DNA of 64,000 bases from Prochlorococcus sp. AG-442-N17 (GTDB lineage: Bacteria; Cyanobacteriota; Cyanobacteriia; PCC-6307; Cyanobiaceae). Below, piece after piece: positions 26,456 through 38,287 of this stretch (position 1 is the stretch's first letter; every line of letters starts with the position of its first letter). Where the stretch lies: contig QCPY01000003.1 of NCBI GenBank assembly GCA_003212375.1, positions 12,308 to 76,307 of the forward strand, written 5' to 3'. The notes under the pieces are model-generated. The model saw only the letters and a program-made list of their open reading frames with translations, was not told the origin of the DNA and made no database searches. The translations under genes were made by a program, and so were the position numbers.

Positions 26456-27115
26456 CTAAATAAGTCTGATTTCCTCAAATATCTCATTGAAATTTGAAGT
26501 GCCAATAAAATCTATCCCTAAATCAAATAAATCAATTACTTGAGATAGTTTTTTAATGCCTCCAACAATTTTTATAGAATTTTTATTACCAAGAAATTTT
26601 AATATTTCGACTATCTCAGAAATAGAAATAGGTGCTCCAAATCCATCTCCAAATTGAAAATTAGTTATTCCTACCTCAAGGCAAATTTTAATGGCTTTTT
26701 CAAAAAGTACTTTATCTAATTTTGTTTTACTTATAATTATAGTCACTGGTAATTCTGATAAATTAATACTTTCAATTTCAGTTGCGAAAGTATTTAAATT
26801 ATTTTTAAAAAGATGAAGAAAATTAGGTGAATATTCTATTCCACTCGCACCAGCATCTTTTGCGTAGCAGACTAATTCATGAATAAAATCAAATGGTAAA
26901 TCAGCTAATGGATAAGAAATGAGAGTATTTATATTTACTTTATGATTAATTAATGTCTCTTTAATATGACTTAAAAAGTTAAGAGATGTAGAAACATTTC
27001 TGATATCGTATTTTTTAATTAAATCGCAATTTGCAATTAGGTTATCCCATGATAAATATGGGTTAATTATAATCGGATGTATTTTTTCATTTAATTCATA
27101 ATCAATATTAAACAT
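26456..27115 (-). CDS. deoC: DeoC-like aldolase fold protein, catalytic Lys motif degenerate
   Basis: ISYPL, GASGIE, IKIVGGIK, IGTS; position between recO and hpf. Confidence 0.7.
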   Translation of the reverse strand: MFNIDYELNEKIHPIIINPYLSWDNLIANCDLIKKYDIRNVSTSLNFLSHIKETLINHKVNINTLISYPLADLPFDFIHELVCYAKDAGASGIEYSPNFLHLFKNNLNTFATEIESINLSELPVTIIISKTKLDKVLFEKAIKICLEVGITNFQFGDGFGAPISISEIVEILKFLGNKNSIKIVGGIKKLSQVIDLFDLGIDFIGTSNFNEIFEEIRLI

Positions 27116-27120
27116 ATTTA

Positions 27121-27705
27121 TTATTTAGATTGGATTAACCCATATCCACCATGGTTTCTTTTATAAATAACTTGAAGTTCATTATTTTTTTTATGTCTAA
27201 AAACATAAAAATCATGATCAATTAAATCTAGTTGTTTTCTAGCATCTTCTAAGGAAATAGGAGCCATTTCAAAATATTTATTCTTAATAGATGGTTCTGG
27301 TAACTGAGCCTTTCTTTCTTCATTAAATATATCTTTACCCATAGAATCTAAATCTTCATTTGCATTTGAGAAAGAATGTTTATTTTTTACAAGATTATTA
27401 TGTAAGGTTTTATTATGCCTTTCTTTGTATTTACGTAGTTTTCTACAAAGTTTATTTGAAACCAAATCAATACTGGAATAAAGATTCTCTGTTTTTTCTT
27501 CTGCTCTGATAATAGTACCATTAGCAAAAATTGTAACTTCAGCTGTTTGGAATGAAACTCTTGGATTCTTTTCGACTGAAAGATGTATATCTGCTTCTTT
27601 GACGATATCCTTATAGTGATGTGTTGCTTTTTCTATCTTCGCCTCAGTATATTCTTTTAATGCGCCAGTGAGTTCGAGATTCTTTCCATGGATTAAAATT
27701 TTCAT
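27121..27705 (-). CDS. hpf: Ribosome hibernation factor (HPF/LrtA)
   Basis: IHGKNLELT, LYSSIDLV, HDFYVF, YKRNHGGYG. Confidence 0.95.
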   Translation of the reverse strand: MKILIHGKNLELTGALKEYTEAKIEKATHHYKDIVKEADIHLSVEKNPRVSFQTAEVTIFANGTIIRAEEKTENLYSSIDLVSNKLCRKLRKYKERHNKTLHNNLVKNKHSFSNANEDLDSMGKDIFNEERKAQLPEPSIKNKYFEMAPISLEDARKQLDLIDHDFYVFRHKKNNELQVIYKRNHGGYGLIQSK

Positions 27706-27749
27706 AACTAATCTAAAAATATTTACTTACTTTATAAATCTACTTAAAT

Positions 27750-28400
27750 ATGGTTAATAGAACAGCAATAATTAAACAACCTGATAAGATTTCTTTTTTC
27801 AATGATGTTTATGAATTACAAAAAGAACATCAAGAGGCATTAATTTTAGATAACTCTAAACCTGATTTAATTTGGATAGGGGAGCACCAACTCTGCTATA
27901 CCTTAGGCAGAGGATCTAGTTATGAAAATATATTGTTTCCTTTGAATGATAATAAATATGAAGTATTTAAAATTGATCGAGGCGGTGAAGTTACTTGTCA
28001 TATGCCTGGACAATTAGTAACTTATTTGGTCTTAGATTTAAAAAATTTTAATAAAGATTTAAATTGGTATTTAAGAAAAATTGAAAAAATTATTATAAAA
28101 ATTCTTGGCAGTTTCAATATAGATTGTCACCTTAAACCCGGTTATACTGGTGTTTGGATAGGAGATAAGAAAATTGCTTCAATTGGAATAGGTTGTAAAA
28201 GATGGATTACATTAAATGGATTTTCAATAAATTTTGATTGTGAATTAGAAAATTTTAATAAAATTATCCCTTGTGGAATTGAGAATTGTCTTATGGCAAA
28301 TATGACAGATTACAATAAAAATTTAACTAAAAGAACAGTCAAGAGAATTGTTAAAAAAATCATTCAGGAAGAATTTAATTTTGATTTTGTATCAAAATAG
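27750..28400 (+). CDS. lipB: Lipoyl(octanoyl) transferase
   Basis: [26 protein letters not shown]. Confidence 0.95.
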   Translation: MVNRTAIIKQPDKISFFNDVYELQKEHQEALILDNSKPDLIWIGEHQLCYTLGRGSSYENILFPLNDNKYEVFKIDRGGEVTCHMPGQLVTYLVLDLKNFNKDLNWYLRKIEKIIIKILGSFNIDCHLKPGYTGVWIGDKKIASIGIGCKRWITLNGFSINFDCELENFNKIIPCGIENCLMANMTDYNKNLTKRTVKRIVKKIIQEEFNFDFVSK

Positions 28401-28427
28401 AAATTAAAATTTTAAAATCAATTTAAT

Positions 28428-30368
28428 ATGAATAATTTAGCGTATTGGCCTTCAGTCAAACCTCTTTCTAAAAAAAATAAATTTGCTAAAAATAGAGATT
28501 TTATTAAGGATATTAATCATATAGATCAAATTTGGGAAAATTTAAAATTTAAATGTGGTGATACTTTAGCTGTTTGCGATTTAAGAGGAAAATACAAAGA
28601 AAAATTTTCTTATGCTGAGCTGGCTGATTTAATAACAAAAATCTCCTTTTCTTTTAAAAATTATGGATTAGTAAAGGGTGATGTAGTTACTGTAATATCT
28701 GAAAATTCTCCAAGATGGCTAGTTGTAGATCAAGGCTTAATGCGTTTAGGTGCTATAAATGCAGTGAGAGGTATTAATTCTCCTCCTGTAGAATTGGAGT
28801 ATATTATTAAGCACTCTAATTCAGTTGGTCTAATAGTTCAATCTAAGGAGATTTGGCTAAAGTTAAACAACAAAGAAGAATTAAAAAAAAGACTTAAATT
28901 TATAATCAATTTAGAAGATGAACAATTTGAAAGTTTAATAAGTTGGAATCAGTTTAAAAGTGCAGCAGAAAAAGAAAACTCACAAAATAATCTTGAAAAA
29001 TTTAATCCAAGAATTGATGATGTCGCAACTATCCTTTACACTTCTGGGACAACAGGAAAACCTAAAGGTGTCCCTCTGACTCATGCAAATTTTTTACATC
29101 AAATAATCAATTTAGCCTATATCGCTGATCCAGAACCTGGGACCTCTGTATTAAGCGTATTGCCTATCTGGCATTCTTATGAGAGGAGTGCTGAATACTT
29201 CTTTTTTTCATGTGGTTGTTCTCAATACTATACAATTCCTAAATTCCTGAAAGATGATATTACGCAAATAAAACCTGTTGTCATGGCTACTGTGCCAAGA
29301 CTATGGGAGGCAATACATGATGGTTTTTTTCAGGCGTTGAAAAAAATGCCTTCTAAAAAACAAAAACTTATTAAGTTTTTTATAAGTAATAGTTCAGTTT
29401 TCAAAAGAAGTCTTAGAAAGATAAGAAATTTAGATATCAATCAAGTAACCTTTAAATCAAAAATTCCCTTAGTGGGTTCTGTTATTGGCCGATATCCTTT
29501 ACATAAATTGTCTACTATTTTTTTATGGCCGAATATTCTTAGACAACTATGCGGAGAAAAACTGAAATTTCCTATTAACGGCGGAGGTGCATTGCCAGAA
29601 CATGTGGATCTTTTTTTTGAATCTTTGGGTGTAGATGTTTTAGTAGGATATGGACTCACAGAAACAAGTCCAGTATTAACTTGTAGGAGAAGAGAATTAA
29701 ATGTTAGAGGCTCATCCGGTCAGCCTCTAGCATTTACTGAAATCAAAATAGTGAATGATGATAAAAAAAAGATTATGAAGTTCAGAGAAGTCGGAAAAAT
29801 TCTTGTTAAGGGACCACAAGTAATGAAAGGTTATCTAAATAATGAATTAGCTACAAAAGATGTTTTATCCAAGGATGGTTGGTTTGATACTGGTGATTTA
29901 GGTTTTCTAATACCAAATGGTTCCCTATTTATAACAGGAAGAGCTAAGGATACAATAGTGCTATCAAGTGGTGAAAATATAGAACCAAATCCGCTGGAGA
30001 CCGAAATCCTTAGTTCTGAATTTATAAATCAAATTCAACTAGTAGGACAAGATAAGAAATGTTTAACAGCTCTTGTAGTGCCTAATGTCGAATTGGTTAA
30101 AAACAAGTTTTTGGAAGAAGACCTTTCAAAATTAAATCTGAATAATAATATTGGTGCATTTTTTAAATCACAAATTAATACTTTGCTTAAAAGTCGATTA
30201 GGAGCAAGATCAGAAGAACAAATATTAGATTGTTATTTTGTTGATGCCTTTACTTTAGAAAATGGTTTGTTAACACAAACTCTTAAACAAAAAAGAAAAG
30301 AAATAGAAAAAAAGTATTCATTACAAATAGAAAATATGTATGAACAGAAATTTAGTAAGAAAAATTGA
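28428..30368 (+). CDS. aas: Long-chain acyl-ACP/CoA synthetase
   Basis: YTSGTTGKPKG, GYGLTE, DTGDLG. Confidence 0.9.
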   Translation: MNNLAYWPSVKPLSKKNKFAKNRDFIKDINHIDQIWENLKFKCGDTLAVCDLRGKYKEKFSYAELADLITKISFSFKNYGLVKGDVVTVISENSPRWLVVDQGLMRLGAINAVRGINSPPVELEYIIKHSNSVGLIVQSKEIWLKLNNKEELKKRLKFIINLEDEQFESLISWNQFKSAAEKENSQNNLEKFNPRIDDVATILYTSGTTGKPKGVPLTHANFLHQIINLAYIADPEPGTSVLSVLPIWHSYERSAEYFFFSCGCSQYYTIPKFLKDDITQIKPVVMATVPRLWEAIHDGFFQALKKMPSKKQKLIKFFISNSSVFKRSLRKIRNLDINQVTFKSKIPLVGSVIGRYPLHKLSTIFLWPNILRQLCGEKLKFPINGGGALPEHVDLFFESLGVDVLVGYGLTETSPVLTCRRRELNVRGSSGQPLAFTEIKIVNDDKKKIMKFREVGKILVKGPQVMKGYLNNELATKDVLSKDGWFDTGDLGFLIPNGSLFITGRAKDTIVLSSGENIEPNPLETEILSSEFINQIQLVGQDKKCLTALVVPNVELVKNKFLEEDLSKLNLNNNIGAFFKSQINTLLKSRLGARSEEQILDCYFVDAFTLENGLLTQTLKQKRKEIEKKYSLQIENMYEQKFSKKN

Positions 30369-30406
30369 TTTGTTCTTTCTATATTAAAAAGGTAATTTAA
30401 TTTTTT

Positions 30407-30850
30407 ATGGAAACAAAAAATTCAATATCTATAAAGCGCTCAATAGCCATTAAAGCTGTTGTTACTCCAACTTGGAAGGAAGATGCTGAAAAAGAGCTAA
30501 GTAAAGCAATTTCAAACATTGACCAGCAATTATCCCAACTTGAGCAGGAGGGGCAGCAAATAGTAAATAATATTAGATCCCAATCGGTTAACCCTCTAGA
30601 TCCAAGAGTTCAAGAACAGGTTAGTCAGGTGCAACAACAAGTCGCAGCAAAACGAAATGAAATTGAAGAACAAAAAAGAAATCTTCTTCAACAACAGAGT
30701 CAAGTTCGCGAATTAAAAATGGACGAAATTGTTGATCAAGGTCAAGTTGATAGTTTTTGTGATGTCACTGTGGGCGACAATCTTATTGAAAAAATGCAAG
30801 TCTCGATTACAGTTAAAGATGGAGTTATTCAATCCATAAATAATAATTAA
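30407..30850 (+). CDS. YlqD family protein
   Basis: IKAVVTPTWKE, coiled coil. Confidence 0.85.
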   Translation: METKNSISIKRSIAIKAVVTPTWKEDAEKELSKAISNIDQQLSQLEQEGQQIVNNIRSQSVNPLDPRVQEQVSQVQQQVAAKRNEIEEQKRNLLQQQSQVRELKMDEIVDQGQVDSFCDVTVGDNLIEKMQVSITVKDGVIQSINNN

Positions 30851-31058
30851 AGTAAGAATTAACTCTTTTTTAAAATAAATTTCAATTAGAGAAATTTAAA
30901 TTCTAATCGATCTAAATTATTACTTTCTTAAGTTTTAAGAGTTCCCACTGTGAACATGATTTCGTATAATTAGATCAAGAGTTAAAAGGGGTTTTAATCA
31001 TAAAAACTTTTAAAGTTTGGTAAAAATCCCTTGAAACTTATGCAATAACAATTTTCTT

Positions 31059-32426
31059 ATGTCTCACGAAATATTCATGCCTGCCTTGAGTTCTACTATG
31101 ACAGAGGGCAAGATTGTGGAATGGTTGAAAAATCCGGGAGATAAGGTTGAAAGAGGCGAATCTGTTTTGGTTGTTGAATCTGATAAAGCAGATATGGATG
31201 TTGAATCTTTTCAAGATGGATATCTTGCGGCAGTTTTAATGCCTGCCGGCAGCACTGCTCCTGTTGGAGAAACTATTGGCCTTATTGTAGAAAATGAGGA
31301 TGAGATAGCTTCTGTTCAAGAACAAAACAAAGGAAATCAGCCCGAAGTTTCTAGTTCGGATCAACTTGAATTGGTAAGTAATAAAACTGAAGAAAAACCT
31401 GAAGTTCAAAGTGAAATTGTTGAAAAACAAGAAAAAGAAGTTGTATTAATGAGTGAAAAGGCAGCACCATCTTTCAGTAGCGATCAAATAAATGCTGCTA
31501 CGAGTAATGTTTCTTCGAGGGTGATTGCATCTCCAAGAGCTAAAAAACTTGCCTCTCAAATGGGTGTTGATTTAGCAAAGGTTCATGGATCCGGACCTCA
31601 TGGAAGGATTCAAGCCGATGATATTTTAAAAGCTAATGGCCAACCAGTCTCTATACCATGGATAGGTGAAGGTGGTTCTCCTGCAAGTGTACCTGGTGCA
31701 AATTTGGGAGTTGAAAGTAAACCAGAAACTTCAGGAAATAGTTTTGGTAATCCCGGAGAAACAGTTCAATTTAATACTCTTCAAAAAGCGGTAAATAAAA
31801 ATATGGAATCTAGTTTAGATGTGCCATGTTTTAGGGTGGGTTATTCCATTAACACAGATAAATTAGATAATTTCTACAAAAAAGTAAAACAGAACGGAGT
31901 TACTATGACTGCTTTACTAGTAAAGGCAGTTGCAAAGACACTAAAGAAACATCCTCAAGTTAACTCAAGTTTTTCAGAAAATGGAATTTCTTATCCAGAA
32001 AATATAAATATTGCTGTTGCTGTTGCGATGGAAGATGGTGGACTAATAACTCCAGTTTTAAAAGAACCATGCAATACTGATTTATTTGAATTGTCTAGGG
32101 AATGGAAAGATCTCGTAAAAAGATCAAGATCAAAACAATTAGAACCTGATGAATACTCAACAGGAACCTTCACTTTATCTAACCTTGGGATGTTTGGAGT
32201 TGATAGATTTGACGCAATTCTTCCTCCAGGTACCGGTGCTATTTTAGCCATAGCATCATCGAAACCAACCGTTGTTGCTAATAGTGATGGTTCAATATCT
32301 GTTAAAAAAATAATGCAAGTAAATCTAACAGCTGATCATAGAGTGATCTATGGAGCTGATGGAGCTTCATTCTTAAAAGACTTGGCTTCCCTAATTGAAG
32401 ATGAGCCAGAGACTCTTGTCTCCTAA
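31059..32426 (+). CDS. pdhC: Pyruvate dehydrogenase E2 (dihydrolipoamide acetyltransferase)
   Basis: Lipoyl ESDKA, ASPRAKKLA, DHRVIYG. Confidence 0.95.
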   Translation: MSHEIFMPALSSTMTEGKIVEWLKNPGDKVERGESVLVVESDKADMDVESFQDGYLAAVLMPAGSTAPVGETIGLIVENEDEIASVQEQNKGNQPEVSSSDQLELVSNKTEEKPEVQSEIVEKQEKEVVLMSEKAAPSFSSDQINAATSNVSSRVIASPRAKKLASQMGVDLAKVHGSGPHGRIQADDILKANGQPVSIPWIGEGGSPASVPGANLGVESKPETSGNSFGNPGETVQFNTLQKAVNKNMESSLDVPCFRVGYSINTDKLDNFYKKVKQNGVTMTALLVKAVAKTLKKHPQVNSSFSENGISYPENINIAVAVAMEDGGLITPVLKEPCNTDLFELSREWKDLVKRSRSKQLEPDEYSTGTFTLSNLGMFGVDRFDAILPPGTGAILAIASSKPTVVANSDGSISVKKIMQVNLTADHRVIYGADGASFLKDLASLIEDEPETLVS

Positions 32427-32432
32427 ATTTAA

Positions 32433-33563
32433 TTGATTTCTGAAATTAATAAAGAAGAAAGAGATTATAAGCTTGAAGCTTATGATTATTTACTTGATCC
32501 TTCATTAATTGCTAGTAAACCTTCTGCAATTAGGCATGAATCAAGATTGATGATAGTTAGAAATAGTTTTTTAGAAGAAGACTGTTTAACTAATAAATTT
32601 ACCAAGAATCTTTTAGATGAATTTAGAGAAGGGGATCTTGTAATTGTAAATAATACTAAAGTTATGAAAGCTAGGTTAAAGGTTGAATTAGAAAATAAGA
32701 CATTAGTAGAATTATTAGTTTTAGAAAGATCCCATGAATGTGTTTGGTTATGTTTGGCAAAGCCAGCAAAAAAGTTAAAAATAAATAGAAAATTAAAATT
32801 AAAATCTCCATTAGCACAAGATATTAATTTGATTGTTGATGGAGTTGATGAAGAAACTGGAGGGAGATTTATTAAATTTCCGGATAATATAACTTGTCTC
32901 AATTCAATGAATGAACTTCTTGATAAATACGGGGAAATCCCTCTTCCTCCTTATATAAAAAATTCCGAAGAAGAATCTTTTCATGAGAAAAGTTATCAAA
33001 CTGAATATGCAACAAATCCGGGGGCAGTTGCTGCACCAACAGCTGGTTTACACTTAAGCAAAAGTCTTATTTCCAATCTAAAAAAAAAAGGCGTAATAAT
33101 CTTACCGATAACTTTGCACGTGGGTTATGGAACATTCAAACCAATTGATCAAGAAGATTTAAGTAACTTAAAACTTCACAAAGAATGGGTAAGTGTTAAT
33201 AAGGAAGTAGTGGAGGAAATAAAAAGAATAAAGAAAACAGATAGAAAAATAATTGCTATTGGTACAACAAGCGTAAGAGCTCTTGAAAGTTGTTATTCTC
33301 ACGAAATTAATGACTTTATTCCCATAGCTAAATACGTAGATTTAGTAATTAAGCCAGGTTATAAATTTAAGGTAGTTGATGGATTATTAACTAATTTTCA
33401 TCTCCCTAAAAGTTCATTATTACTTTTAGTAAGTGCAATGATTGGGAGAGAAAGATTATTAGATCTATATAAAAAAGCCATAAAAGAAAAATTTAGATTC
33501 TTCTCTTATGGCGATGCGATGTATATTTCACCAGATTCACTACTGGAGAAAAAATTGATTTAG
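32433..33563 (+). CDS. queA: SAM:tRNA ribosyltransferase-isomerase
   Basis: [27 protein letters not shown]. Confidence 0.97.
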   Translation: MISEINKEERDYKLEAYDYLLDPSLIASKPSAIRHESRLMIVRNSFLEEDCLTNKFTKNLLDEFREGDLVIVNNTKVMKARLKVELENKTLVELLVLERSHECVWLCLAKPAKKLKINRKLKLKSPLAQDINLIVDGVDEETGGRFIKFPDNITCLNSMNELLDKYGEIPLPPYIKNSEEESFHEKSYQTEYATNPGAVAAPTAGLHLSKSLISNLKKKGVIILPITLHVGYGTFKPIDQEDLSNLKLHKEWVSVNKEVVEEIKRIKKTDRKIIAIGTTSVRALESCYSHEINDFIPIAKYVDLVIKPGYKFKVVDGLLTNFHLPKSSLLLLVSAMIGRERLLDLYKKAIKEKFRFFSYGDAMYISPDSLLEKKLI

Positions 33564-34546
33564 GCTTTGACTGGTTCTTGAATGATTCCGCTTGGAACTT
33601 CAGTAAACATAATTGATGATAAATACCTCTCTGCCAAATCAGGTAGAACAACTACAATTGTCTTTCCAGCATATTCATCTTGTTCAGCTAATCTGACAGC
33701 AGCTGCAGCAGCGGCTCCACAAGATATTCCTACTAATAGACCTTCCTCTTTGGCTAATCTAAGAGCCATCTCTATTGATTCGTCATTTGTTACTTGTTCA
33801 ACCTTGTCAACAATTGATAAGTCAAGGTTCTTAGGAATAAATCCTGCTCCAATTCCTTGTATTTTATGTGGTCCGGATTTAACCTCTTCTCCATTCATTG
33901 TCTGTGTAATAACAGGACTATGTGATGGTTCAACAGCTACAGAAGTGATATTCTTGCCCTTCTCTTGCTTAATGTATCTTGAAACTCCTGTAATTGTGCC
34001 GCCAGTTCCAACCCCTGCAACTAGGACATCAATTTCTCCATCACAATCATCCCAGATTTCTGGTCCAGTAGTTTTGAAATGAATTTCAGGGTTCGCTGGG
34101 TTATCAAATTGACCTGGCATGAAATATTGAGAAGGATTACTTTCTGCAATTTCTTTAGCCTTAGCTATTGCTCCAGGCATACCTTTAGATGCCTCTGTTA
34201 AAACAATTTCAGCACCCAACACTGCCATAACCCTTCTTCTTTCAATTGACATGGATTCTGGCATTGTAAGGATCAGTTTATAACCTCTTGCTGAAGCAGT
34301 AAAAGCTAGAGCAATTCCTGTATTTCCAGAAGTTGGCTCAACAATAGTTTTGTCTTTTGTAAGCTTCCCACTTTTCTCTGCATCCCAGATCATGTTGGCG
34401 CCAATCCTGCATTTGACACTATAAGCAGGGTTTCTACCTTCAATTTTTGCAAGTACTGTAGCTTTCGCGTTTTTAGTAACTGATTTTAATTTTACTAATG
34501 GAGTGTTTCCGATAGCAAAACTGTTGTCCTCATAAATTTTTGCCAT
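33560..34546 (-). CDS. cysK: Cysteine synthase A
   Basis: SVKCR, TSGNTG, GTGGT, HKIQGIG. Confidence 0.96.
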   Translation of the reverse strand: MAKIYEDNSFAIGNTPLVKLKSVTKNAKATVLAKIEGRNPAYSVKCRIGANMIWDAEKSGKLTKDKTIVEPTSGNTGIALAFTASARGYKLILTMPESMSIERRRVMAVLGAEIVLTEASKGMPGAIAKAKEIAESNPSQYFMPGQFDNPANPEIHFKTTGPEIWDDCDGEIDVLVAGVGTGGTITGVSRYIKQEKGKNITSVAVEPSHSPVITQTMNGEEVKSGPHKIQGIGAGFIPKNLDLSIVDKVEQVTNDESIEMALRLAKEEGLLVGISCGAAAAAAVRLAEQDEYAGKTIVVVLPDLAERYLSSIMFTEVPSGIIQEPVKA

Positions 34547-34630
34547 TTATGTATTAAGAAAATATATTTTAATACTAACTATTATTCAGAAAAAGAGTAT
34601 ATAAGTTTCTATACGGTAAATACTAGGAAT

Positions 34631-36100
34631 TTAGAAATTATTTAGCGCCTCAGAAAAGGTTTCCCATAGTTGATCTTGGTCTTCTAATCCAACTGATACT
34701 CTAATAAGGTGCGAAGGTATACCAAAACTTTCAGCCCACTCCAACTCTTCATAATGAGCAAGTAAAACATAAGGACAAACTAGAGTAAATTTGGTACCTA
34801 AACTAGGTCCTTTAGATACTTTTAGAGAATCATAAAAAATTTTAGCTTTGTTCAATCCTCCATTTAACTCAAACGATAATAAGCAGCCGTACCCTCCATC
34901 AGAAGTAAGTAAAGAATTAAAATTTGGACAATTTTCAGGATGGAAAATATTTTTAATCTCGCTATGGGTCTCTAATCTTTTTTTTAATTCTAAACATGCT
35001 TTATTTTGTTCAAAAACTCTTTGATTTACATCTCTACTAACTTTCTCTAGATAAACAATATCTCCATCGGAAAGTATTGGAATATTAATCTCGTTTAATG
35101 CATTTCTAAACTGATCAATCCATTTGCTTTTTGGATTTAGTATTAATGATCCGGCAAGGATATCACCACTACCTGAAAAAATTTTTGTAAGTGAAGTAAA
35201 AACTATATCTGCATGTTCTATGGAATTTATATTTAAATTAGAACCAATTGTATCGTCAACAATTAAGGGAATATTTAACTTTTTTGCTATTTTTGAAATT
35301 TTTTTAATATTTACACATTTGAGCATTGGATTACTTGGGAGTTCAATAATTAATGCTGATGGATTTATTCTTTTGATTTCTAATTCAATATCAGCGCAAT
35401 TTTCTTCTGTAATTAACTTAGCTCCGTGAAAGATATTCATTGGTAATTTAAGTACATCTACATATGGAAAACCAATTTGGAGTGTTGGTTTAGCTGGAAA
35501 TAATTTATATATGATTTCTAATGATGTATGCAATGAAGACATCCCAGATGAAGTTAAGTGAATGTCGTTAGAGTTAATTTTTGTAGATTTAGAAATTCTA
35601 TTTTTTATTAGTTGAGAACATTCATTTACGTAAGATTTTGGAGGGCAATCTTCAAGACCCAGTTCTATAGCAGCAGCTCTTGAAGATATACCAAGACCAG
35701 CATGTTGCCAAAAATATTTTGCATAAATACTTCCTTCTTTTTCAGTTATTAAGAAAGCTAAATTATCTCTTTTTTCTATATATGAGAATTGTTCAGAAGT
35801 ATTTCTATCAATGTATTTTTTAGCTTTAAAAGCTATGCTTTCATTCGGATATGGCCAGATACTTTTATTGTTGAAGTAATTTTCCTTTTTTACTTTTTCG
35901 CATAATCTTTTCACCATGGGGTTTAACCCGAACCGTGGGTAAATGGACTTCAATAATTTCATGCATTCTTCATTTTTCTCCTCGTAATTTATTACATCAT
36001 TCCAAGTTGGTAATGCTACAGAAACGGCATGAATACTATCAGGAATTGCATATCCCAACTCTAAATTTTTCCATATAGGGTTTTTAAGTAAATCTCTCAA
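34631..36100 (-). CDS. Cys/Met metabolism PLP enzyme (cystathionine gamma-synthase-like)
   Basis: SLTKIFSG, GPSLG, IRVSVGLE. Confidence 0.85.
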   Translation of the reverse strand: MRDLLKNPIWKNLELGYAIPDSIHAVSVALPTWNDVINYEEKNEECMKLLKSIYPRFGLNPMVKRLCEKVKKENYFNNKSIWPYPNESIAFKAKKYIDRNTSEQFSYIEKRDNLAFLITEKEGSIYAKYFWQHAGLGISSRAAAIELGLEDCPPKSYVNECSQLIKNRISKSTKINSNDIHLTSSGMSSLHTSLEIIYKLFPAKPTLQIGFPYVDVLKLPMNIFHGAKLITEENCADIELEIKRINPSALIIELPSNPMLKCVNIKKISKIAKKLNIPLIVDDTIGSNLNINSIEHADIVFTSLTKIFSGSGDILAGSLILNPKSKWIDQFRNALNEINIPILSDGDIVYLEKVSRDVNQRVFEQNKACLELKKRLETHSEIKNIFHPENCPNFNSLLTSDGGYGCLLSFELNGGLNKAKIFYDSLKVSKGPSLGTKFTLVCPYVLLAHYEELEWAESFGIPSHLIRVSVGLEDQDQLWETFSEALNNF

Positions 36101-36103
36101 TTT

Positions 36104-37267
36104 TCAGAATTTATTTAAAGCAAATAAAATGTCCGAGATTAAATCGTTTGTATCTTCACATCCAATTGATAATCTTACAAGAGCATCATCTATACCTAGA
36201 AGATTTTTTGTTTCATCATCAACAGATGCATGAGTCATTGTTGCAGGGTGACAAATTAAACTTTCAACTCCTCCAAGGCTTTCTGCTAGCGAGAAATATT
36301 TGAGAGATTTGCAAAATTTAAAGGTATCCTCTTTACTTAAATTTAGTTTTAGCGTGATCATCGAACCTCCAGATCTCATTTGAGATTTTGCCAAATTAAA
36401 TTGCGGATGTTTTTGATTAAAAGGATAAATTAATTTGCTAATTATTTTATGATTCTCTAATTCTTCAGAAATTAATTCTGCACTTTGCGTTTGTTGTTCA
36501 ATTCTTAAAGGAAGAGTTTTTACCCCTCTAGTAATGAGCCAACTATCAAAAGGAGATGGTTGAAGCCCTAAAGCTTTTTGAGAGAAAAGCATCTTACTAT
36601 TCCATACCTCATTATTTGTCAGTACTGCTCCTCCAAGTGCATCACTATGTCCATTAATGAATTTTGTTGTGCTTACAAGCGATAGTGTTGCCCCAAGGTC
36701 CAATGGTTTTTGGATGAGTGCGGTAGAAAAGGTGTTGTCTACAACCACTGGTATTTGGAGTTTATTCGCCTCATCACAAATCGCCTTAATATCAAGTACT
36801 TTCAAAAGTGGATTAGTTGGACTTTCTAGCCATATCAATGTTGGCTCGAAGTTTGATATCTTTTTGATATTATTTTTGTTTGTAAAATCTGTATATAAAA
36901 CTTCTAGTCCAAATTTCTTGAAAATTTCTTCGAACATCCTTACTGTACAACCATAGAGATTTGACTCGCAGAGTATCTTGTCGCCTGATTTAAGTGTTGA
37001 TGTAATTGCAGTTACCGCGCTAATTCCAGATCCAAAAACTGTACAGTATTTAGAATCTTCTATTGATTTAAGTATGTTTTCTAGAATTCTAAAGTTAGGA
37101 TTGCCTGATCTTGTGTAGTCGAAATTATCTTTATTTCCATGTTTGAAAGTAGATGTCGAAAAAATAGGAGGCATAACGCATCCAGTATCTCGTGCAAAAG
37201 TTTCTCCATGGTGAATGGATAAGGTTTTAAAACCAGGCTTTTTAATATTATTTTTCTTATTTCCCAT
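36104..37267 (-). CDS. metB: Cystathionine gamma-synthase/beta-lyase family; likely start ATG 37267
   Basis: YTRSGNP, ESPTNP, STTKFINGHSD, ESLGGVESL. Confidence 0.85.
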   Translation of the reverse strand: MGNKKNNIKKPGFKTLSIHHGETFARDTGCVMPPIFSTSTFKHGNKDNFDYTRSGNPNFRILENILKSIEDSKYCTVFGSGISAVTAITSTLKSGDKILCESNLYGCTVRMFEEIFKKFGLEVLYTDFTNKNNIKKISNFEPTLIWLESPTNPLLKVLDIKAICDEANKLQIPVVVDNTFSTALIQKPLDLGATLSLVSTTKFINGHSDALGGAVLTNNEVWNSKMLFSQKALGLQPSPFDSWLITRGVKTLPLRIEQQTQSAELISEELENHKIISKLIYPFNQKHPQFNLAKSQMRSGGSMITLKLNLSKEDTFKFCKSLKYFSLAESLGGVESLICHPATMTHASVDDETKNLLGIDDALVRLSIGCEDTNDLISDILFALNKF

Positions 37268-37292
37268 TGTTTTAAAAATAAGAATTAAGTTA

Positions 37293-37320
37293 AAATCTCT
37301 CATTTAAATATGAGAGATTT
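37293..37320. terminator. Inverted repeat downstream of rpsD
   Basis: AAATCTCTCAT-ttaaat-ATGAGAGATTT. Confidence 0.55.
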
Positions 37321-37342
37321 AATAATCCAAAGAAAAGTTTTA

Positions 37343-37951
37343 TTAAACTTTTCTTGAATAATATTCAACAACTAGTAGTTCGTTTATTTCAAGAGCTACC
37401 CATTCTCTATCGCATTTTCCATTTATTTTCCCTGTTAATTTAGGTTTATCTAACTCTATATGAGGCGGGACATTTGCTAAACCAGGGAATTCTATATTTC
37501 CTTCAACAAGCTTTTTGCTTGCTTTGTTTTCTTTAATTCCAATGATATCACCTGCTTTGCATTGATAACCTGCAATATCAAGAACCTTGCCATTAACAGT
37601 TACATGGCCATGATTTACTAATTGTCTTGAGCCAGGAATAGTGCCACCAAAACCTAATCTAAAACAAACATTATCTAATCTATTTTCTAAAAGTCTTAGT
37701 AGGTTTGTCCCTGTTGATCCTTCTTGAGCTCTTGCTTTTTTTACATAACGTACAAGTTGCCTTTCAGAAACTCCATAATTAAACCTTAGTTTCTGTTTTT
37801 CTTCTAGACGGATCGCATATTCTGATCGCTTGCGACGGGCTTGGCCGTGCTGACCTGGAGGATTAGACTTCTTTGAAGCTTTCCTGGTGAGACCTGGTAG
37901 TTCTCCCAAGCGACGCGTAACCCTTAATCTGGGGCCGCGGTATCTTGACAT
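37343..37951 (-). CDS. rpsD: 30S ribosomal protein S4
   Basis: MSRYRGPR...LENRLDN...VEYYSR. Confidence 0.98.
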   Translation of the reverse strand: MSRYRGPRLRVTRRLGELPGLTRKASKKSNPPGQHGQARRKRSEYAIRLEEKQKLRFNYGVSERQLVRYVKKARAQEGSTGTNLLRLLENRLDNVCFRLGFGGTIPGSRQLVNHGHVTVNGKVLDIAGYQCKAGDIIGIKENKASKKLVEGNIEFPGLANVPPHIELDKPKLTGKINGKCDREWVALEINELLVVEYYSRKV

Positions 37952-38046
37952 AATTTTAAATTAAATAGAAAATTGCAATAAATTGGATAATTGATTAAAT
38001 TCAATTAAACTAATTACTACTGGAAATATTATTTTACATCATTAAA

Positions 38047-38283
38047 GTGTTCAAAACTATTAATAAATCAATTACTTCTATACTTCTTTTTATGATTTCG
38101 TTTTATCAAAAGTGGTTTTCTCCTTTTTTTGGACCAAGATGCAGATTTATTCCAAGTTGCAGCTCTTATGGATATGAGGCAATTACTAGACATGGTCCTT
38201 GGAAGGGAGGGTGGTTAACTTTAAAAAGATTAAGCAGATGTCATCCTTTAACTCCCTGTGGATGTGACCCTGTGCCTGACTAA
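38047..38283 (+). CDS. yidD: Membrane protein insertion efficiency factor
   Basis: [16 protein letters not shown]. Confidence 0.92.
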   Translation: MFKTINKSITSILLFMISFYQKWFSPFFGPRCRFIPSCSSYGYEAITRHGPWKGGWLTLKRLSRCHPLTPCGCDPVPD

Positions 38284-38287
38284 ATGA

